Part shown: one piece after another, positions 58,349 through 64,000 of the stretch
How positions within the stretch are numbered: the first letter of the stretch is position 1
Layout of the letters: each line of letters opens with the position of its first letter
DNA from: Balanoglossus misakiensis
Lineage: Eukaryota; Animalia; Hemichordata
Assembly: GCA_040954595.2 (NCBI GenBank)
Contig: CM082590.2
Location: 7,812,001 to 7,876,000, forward strand
Direction of reading: 5' to 3'
DNA: 64,000 bases
Notes under the pieces: generated by a model
What the model was told of the DNA's origin: nothing
What the model saw: only the letters and a program-made list of their open reading frames with translations
Database searches by the model: none
Translations under genes and position numbers: made by a program

Positions 58349-60856
58349 CACATGTCGATGCGCGTGCAGTGAGCAGACGACAATTTTTGCTTGCTTGTGA
58401 GCATGCAAACCGGATAACTTTCCAGTGTTTTTCAGCGTTCTCGGTGCCTTTTATATTATTCAAAGTAATAATTCCATTTTGTGGATAGTCGGGCTCTGGA
58501 ATAGTGTAAAACTTGTTTCTTAAAATAGTGGCGTTCGCGAACACGGGGAGAAATACTTGACGACCGGAGACAAGGAGAGCAATTTCTTCCAGAGGATTCG
58601 GTATGTGTGACCGTACAAGTTTGACAACAAGGAAATGCTTGGATTTTGTTGTGTGGAATTAGTCTTCAGAAGAAGAGGAATGTGTGAATACTCCGGGACG
58701 AGTTCTGGGACGACTTATGCAGGTAAGGTATATGAAAAGTATCTGGGTTTGTTCTGTTGTGATGGCCATAAGTTGAACTGTATGCAGTATACAGGTTTGT
58801 GAACCAGTCCCAGTTTGGACTTTGGATGGGAAGTGGTAAAAACTCTCTAAAAAAATGTCTCAGCTGTGTTTTGTACGTGAACTACAAAATCCCCAGCGAA
58901 TTTGTTCGGTTTATTTATATCGGATGAGATACGTGTAGTCAGATTATTCATGTTATGAGACATAACATGTAGATTTCATCCCAGCTAATCAAATTTCATA
59001 TCTGCCTACCAGTACCACGCGCTGTGTAGTAGAAATTTGCATGACTGATAGGTCAGAAAGGTTATACATGTAAATGTATCGCGGATTGACGGGAGTGACC
59101 CCCTTTTCGCCTTGTTTCCTCCTGTCAGTCTGTGTACATGTTGACTTTGCAGATTTAGATAACGGTGTACATTTGTGCTTTGACCCCTGCATTTTTTCAG
59201 GGAGGACTTTTCAAGCCCCATTCCCTTGGACCATTCATGTCCGTTTGGTTTGTTTGACTGTTGACATGTTTTTGCATACACATCCATCTAACCATCCATC
59301 TGTAAACCTGGCCTGAGGCAAACTTTCAAAACATGACCAAAGCAGAGTGAAAAATGTTTATGGGGGAACAACTGAACTAGTTCAGAATTTTTATTGACAT
59401 AAATGTAACAAAAAAACAAACATCATGAGACTAGCATGCTCGCTATAAAACACAAGTAAACCATTTGCTTTATCTTCCTAAGTTCATATCCTCTGTTATG
59501 TTAACTGCAAAGTTTCTGAAGAAATTGACAAGTGCGTTGACAGTCATATATTTACTGTTTGAATACATAACAAAATAAACGTAAATATTTAAAAGCTTTG
59601 AGACACTGGCATCTATGATACCACTATCATAAATATATTAATGTCTTGCAAGTGCTTACAAAATAAATATTAAATACAAGTGAAAGCTTGTCTTTGCATA
59701 CATTTTCTCAAAAGTGCACGATATAACATAATGCAACATAAATAATAAAAACTATGCTTTTTGAGAATACCAGTAAATTGCCTATTGAACAGACTACACA
59801 GTCGCCAAGCATAAGTCCATGCTCAATTTGTGTACTTTTAGCTTTATTTGAAACACAATGCTGCAAAAAGTGCAAGGGATTAAACATATATAAGGTTACG
59901 TTTGCAGAGTATCGTGTATCATTTCTTACTTGTCTTTTAAAGGAAATGCATCTTGTATTATGTGACTGCAACCCTTCAGAAAGTCTGTGAAATTTGCAAT
60001 GATATACTTATCCTATTTTATCCTATTTTTCCTCTAAACTGATGTTTGATTTCTGCCTATGTGTGTAATCTGTTTGGCGTACACTTCATTGATCCTCTGT
60101 TCTGTACTAAGGCTTCATAAAGCACTTTTGGCTATGCTCATCAGCTTGTAAAGAACAAATTATCTACTTTGAATAGCAGTGCAGCGCAAACTAGTGCCAC
60201 ATTGACAATCTTTTAAACTACTGCAAATAGTGAAATAACGGACGGGCAAAACAACTGCATTTTGTCCAAAGACATGAAAAAAATCACAACAAAATGGCCA
60301 TCGTCTTGTGACCATATTGGATCGTATAATCATGACACAAAGTAGACATGTATTTGAACATCCTCTCTTTGACTTTCCAATAAAACATAATCTGCCCTTG
60401 TACAAATTAGAAATCCATGATTAAAATTCACAATTTTAAATCTAACTAGGGATCTTTACTTAAATGCTAAAATCTTCTTAGCTATTGGAATCATGAGGGG
60501 TACATATTACTTCCTAGAATATCAAAATGATCAGTAACGATCAGTACAGCCCTAAATATGGTCTTTACAGTTATGCAAAACAGAAAATAGTTTTAATTAG
60601 TAAGACCGAAGCTAGTTATAACAAGTAACCATCATGTACTCTAGCTCTAGACTACCAGACTAAAAATAAACACTCAACAATGTGATGAATATTTATTACT
60701 TAAACATAAATAGTATTAAAATATGTCTTTTTACACTTTCTATAGTATAACTACAAATCAGACCTCTTTGCCTTTATACTGCCATTGCAATATTAGATTC
60801 TCTTTGCTCAAGAAACGTTTACCTTGGATAAAGTTATGAATGTTATTTTTTGTAAT

Positions 60857-63632
60857 TTACACGAATGTTTCTTGTTCTTCATCTGTTGTTTGCACGGACT
60901 CTGTTTTTTTGTCTGGTGGGTGCTGAATGGCATCTGATGTTGTATCTGTTGTTTCGGTCACTGTGCGATTGACTTCACCGGGCGCAAAGTCAGGCGACTC
61001 AATCGTGTTCTGATTGAACCCTGACAGTGCAGTCTCTTGTGAATGTTGGTCAACTTTTGAAGACGTAGCCTCATTCGATTCCCTGACGGTACCCTGATCA
61101 TAATTTGCTGGTGCGACATCGACGCGCTGGTCAACTGCAGGTGTGTCTGCAGTATCGCGACACTCACTGATCGATGCAATATCACCAGGTGCATTTTTTT
61201 CTTCAAAGTCAACACTCCCTACTTGCTCTGCGACCTCATCCACATCATGGTGAAGTTTAATCATAATGTCAGCTGAACTGACGATGGCGTTGTCTGTCTG
61301 AGTCGCAGCAGCACGATTTTCTTTAGGATAGGCAGTAAAGTCCAATTCTTCCTCGCGTTCTGTGTCATCCCCAGCTGTAGACTGACTCCCTGTATCCCAG
61401 CCCTCATCATCCAGATGTTCTGTGGATTCAAACGCACGTAATATCAAGTGCGGATCAGGCACAGCGCCATCAGACAACGCCCGTATCCGTGGATGCGGCA
61501 CGGAATGTCTCTTCATGGAATTATTCCGGTGTGGCAAGACAACAAATTCCCTCTGCATAACCTGGTCAAAATCAGCGCACGAGTCATTCTTTGGTAGACA
61601 CGGTTCATTTGGCGATTCCGACCCGGGGTCCTCAGCTCCGACTCCGTGCCCGCGCGGTTCCATGGACATTTTCCGACTGCTCCGCTGTCTGTGTATCCGG
61701 TCGCTGATGGCTTCCAGTGTTTTCAGCGCCAGGGAGTAGGAACGCTTGGCTTTTAACACTCTCTTCTCCAGTTCATTCACTTTCTTCTTCTGGTCCTACG
61801 ATTTGACAAAAACACAAAACGTTTAGTTGGATTCTAAACTAAGACATGACTGAAGGAGAGGAGGGAGGCTTGCACATCAAAGACCTGTGATAAGCTTTGT
61901 CTCACTTGTAGGGGATATTTTGTCTCATACAAGCCAAGACAAAATATTCTAAACTCGTGTGAGAAATCTGATCCCAGGTCCTTGAATGATGCGTGAGATT
62001 TTATTAATCTTACCTCTAGCTGTTGGTTAAACTGGTGTTTGGCTTCAAAATATGGCCTGTAATGAGACAAGATAAAGCATTTGAGTCAAAGACCTTCAAT
62101 TCTCTGTACATAGCTGCAACCTCACCATTGAAAACAATTAGGACAGGCCACTGCTATGGTGAACACCCTCGTTTCTCTGTGCATAGGTGCAACCCCACCA
62201 ATGAAAAGCATAGGTTAAAACCAAAAGATGCGCGAACACCTTCATTTCCCTGTACATACAAAAACCTTTTCACCCCCAGTTCTCGTTGTAGCGGTCCAAC
62301 TTTTCCCATAGGAAACAATGTATTTGGACCAAACCATGGTAGTGAAAGGGTTAAACCCCACTGTTGCCATGCTGAAGTTGAAAGTTTGAAATACGAGTGA
62401 TTGGAAACTCTACATACCGTGATTTACTGATATTTTTCTTCAGCGACCTCTGCAATTTCTTGACCAGTCTCTCAGCCTCGTCAAATTCAGCTGCTGTTCT
62501 CTGATGATCCAATTCAACCACTGCTCTCTCGTGCTCTGCCTCGTTGACCTGAACAGCAGAAAGACTGAAAAATTCACCTGTTTCCCTTTTTAGAGGTCCA
62601 ACTTTATCAGAGAAAACAATGGTTTGGACCAAACCATGGCAGTGAAAGGGTTAACTTGTCATGTGAAATTTGTCTCAAACTTCAGATCAACTGTTTTGCA
62701 TTATATTTCATTTCCATGACCTCAAAATGACCTTGCATCACTGTACTTCATGTTGGGACAAGAAACGTATAAAACAGAGTCAACCTTGTAATTCAGTTCA
62801 TAATTCATTGACAACAGATGCACTTTACAGAGATTGTGTAGAGGTTTGAGTCAACCTGAAACAGAAGTATGATGATGTAAGGTCACGAAGATGGCCTTTA
62901 GTTTTTCGAACAATGCTTGCTGCTAACAATTGGCCCACAAGTGTGATGTTTTGCCATTGAAGCTCACCTTCATAGTCGCGTGGTTCAGCATTTCCTGCCA
63001 GTTTGCGTCAAACGTTCTCTTCTCCACAATCAAGCCATGTTCAGCCACATCCACCATCTCCTTGGCAGCAGCCAGCATGCTGTTGGCTCTTTCAAACTTC
63101 AATGCTGCGTCCTGAATGGCTTGCTGAGCCTATAAACAGAAAATACAGTATTATCCCTCAAGTAAGCTCCACTAAACAACATGTTCACATCTAATCAATA
63201 AAAGTTGGTGCATCATTCCCGTGAACTCTACTTTACTCACATTTTTGGCGGTCTGTCTGGCCTCATAATAAGGTCTGGCCTTCTCGATGCAAGAGCCCAA
63301 CTTTTTGCCATGGCAATTCAGGATGTTGGTCGACTCGTTCAGAGATTGTCTGAATGCTGCACGTGCTTCCTAGATAGAAAAAATAATTGAGACTTGGATT
63401 TTAATTTTGCATACTGCTACATTGTTTAGCATTCTAAGACAGCGTGCCATCCATTTCTGCCCCAGTATAGACAAGATCATATGATTTCAATTTTGACTTT
63501 GAACACAATATAGTATGTCACATTAACTAAGAATATGGATTACAGCTAAGGTGCATGTATTTTACTCACATCCAGTTGAACTTCCAGTCGGTTGATTTCA
63601 TCTGTGGCCTTGTTGAGTTGTTCCAATTCTTC
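60857..63632 (-). CDS. SH3BP5: SH3 domain-binding protein 5 (SH3BP5/Sab/Parcas family), lacking its first exon(s), which lie beyond the right edge
   Basis: Exons: 63632-63570, 63369-63241, 63129-62968, 62548-62418, 62056-62014 and 61795-60857. Motifs: EELEQLNKATDEINRLE, KLGSCIEKARPYYEAR, WQEMLNHATMKVNEAE, KSRPYFE and YSLALKTLEAISDRIHRQR, followed by an acidic low-complexity tail. Confidence 0.93.
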
Positions 63633-64000
63633 CTGAAATCAATCAATCAATCAATCAATATATCAACCAACAAATTTAAATATTGGTTTGGTTCAGTTAT
63701 TGTGTTGACTACTGTCCTGTCCTGTATTTTGAATGATAAGGTCAATCCATGTACCTGCACTACAGAACTCCACTAGGTGTACAACAGTTATATGCAGATC
63801 AGCTTTGCACCCTTGACATTGCTCCCAGGGTCCACAAACAAATATAATTTGCATGATCGAAATTGATCCCATAACTCGGAACAGGAAGCCCTGTCGCGGA
63901 AACAAGGAATTTGTTTCCTTGTACACATGTATTGCACAGCGATCAGAATTACTGTCAAAGGAAAGTTCTGCTTTCTGAATGTTTTACAGACATGTCAGGT

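Noticed and set aside
60857-61780. 307-aa ORF as a standalone gene
   Set aside because: It is the last coding exon of SH3BP5 (acceptor just before 61795, phase consistent with the upstream exons).

Overview
Animal (invertebrate-type, AT-rich, intron-containing) genomic DNA with four spliced protein-coding genes, reconstructed by hand from GT-AG junctions with consistent phases. (1) The 5' half of a Gli/Ci zinc-finger gene on the minus strand: 8 coding exons, 2305-21999, continuing off the left edge. (2) A complete animal-type alternative oxidase (AOX) on the minus strand: 10 exons, 342 aa. (3) A PCTP/StARD2-like START-domain gene on the plus strand, head-to-head with AOX, with a U12-type intron and a possible mitochondrial leader. 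(4) The 3' part of an SH3BP5 gene on the minus strand, continuing off the right edge. The space between the AOX poly(A) signal and the putative Gli 5' end is almost entirely filled by a 14.4-kb array of 165 near-identical 87-bp units. The array has higher-order duplications and a CTCF-like motif at its Gli-side edge; the giant ORFs in it are most likely a by-product of the unit length. Introns are rich in MITE-like elements with TA, TTAA or 8-bp target duplications, plus minisatellites and hairpins. All family assignments come from recognised motifs, not database searches.
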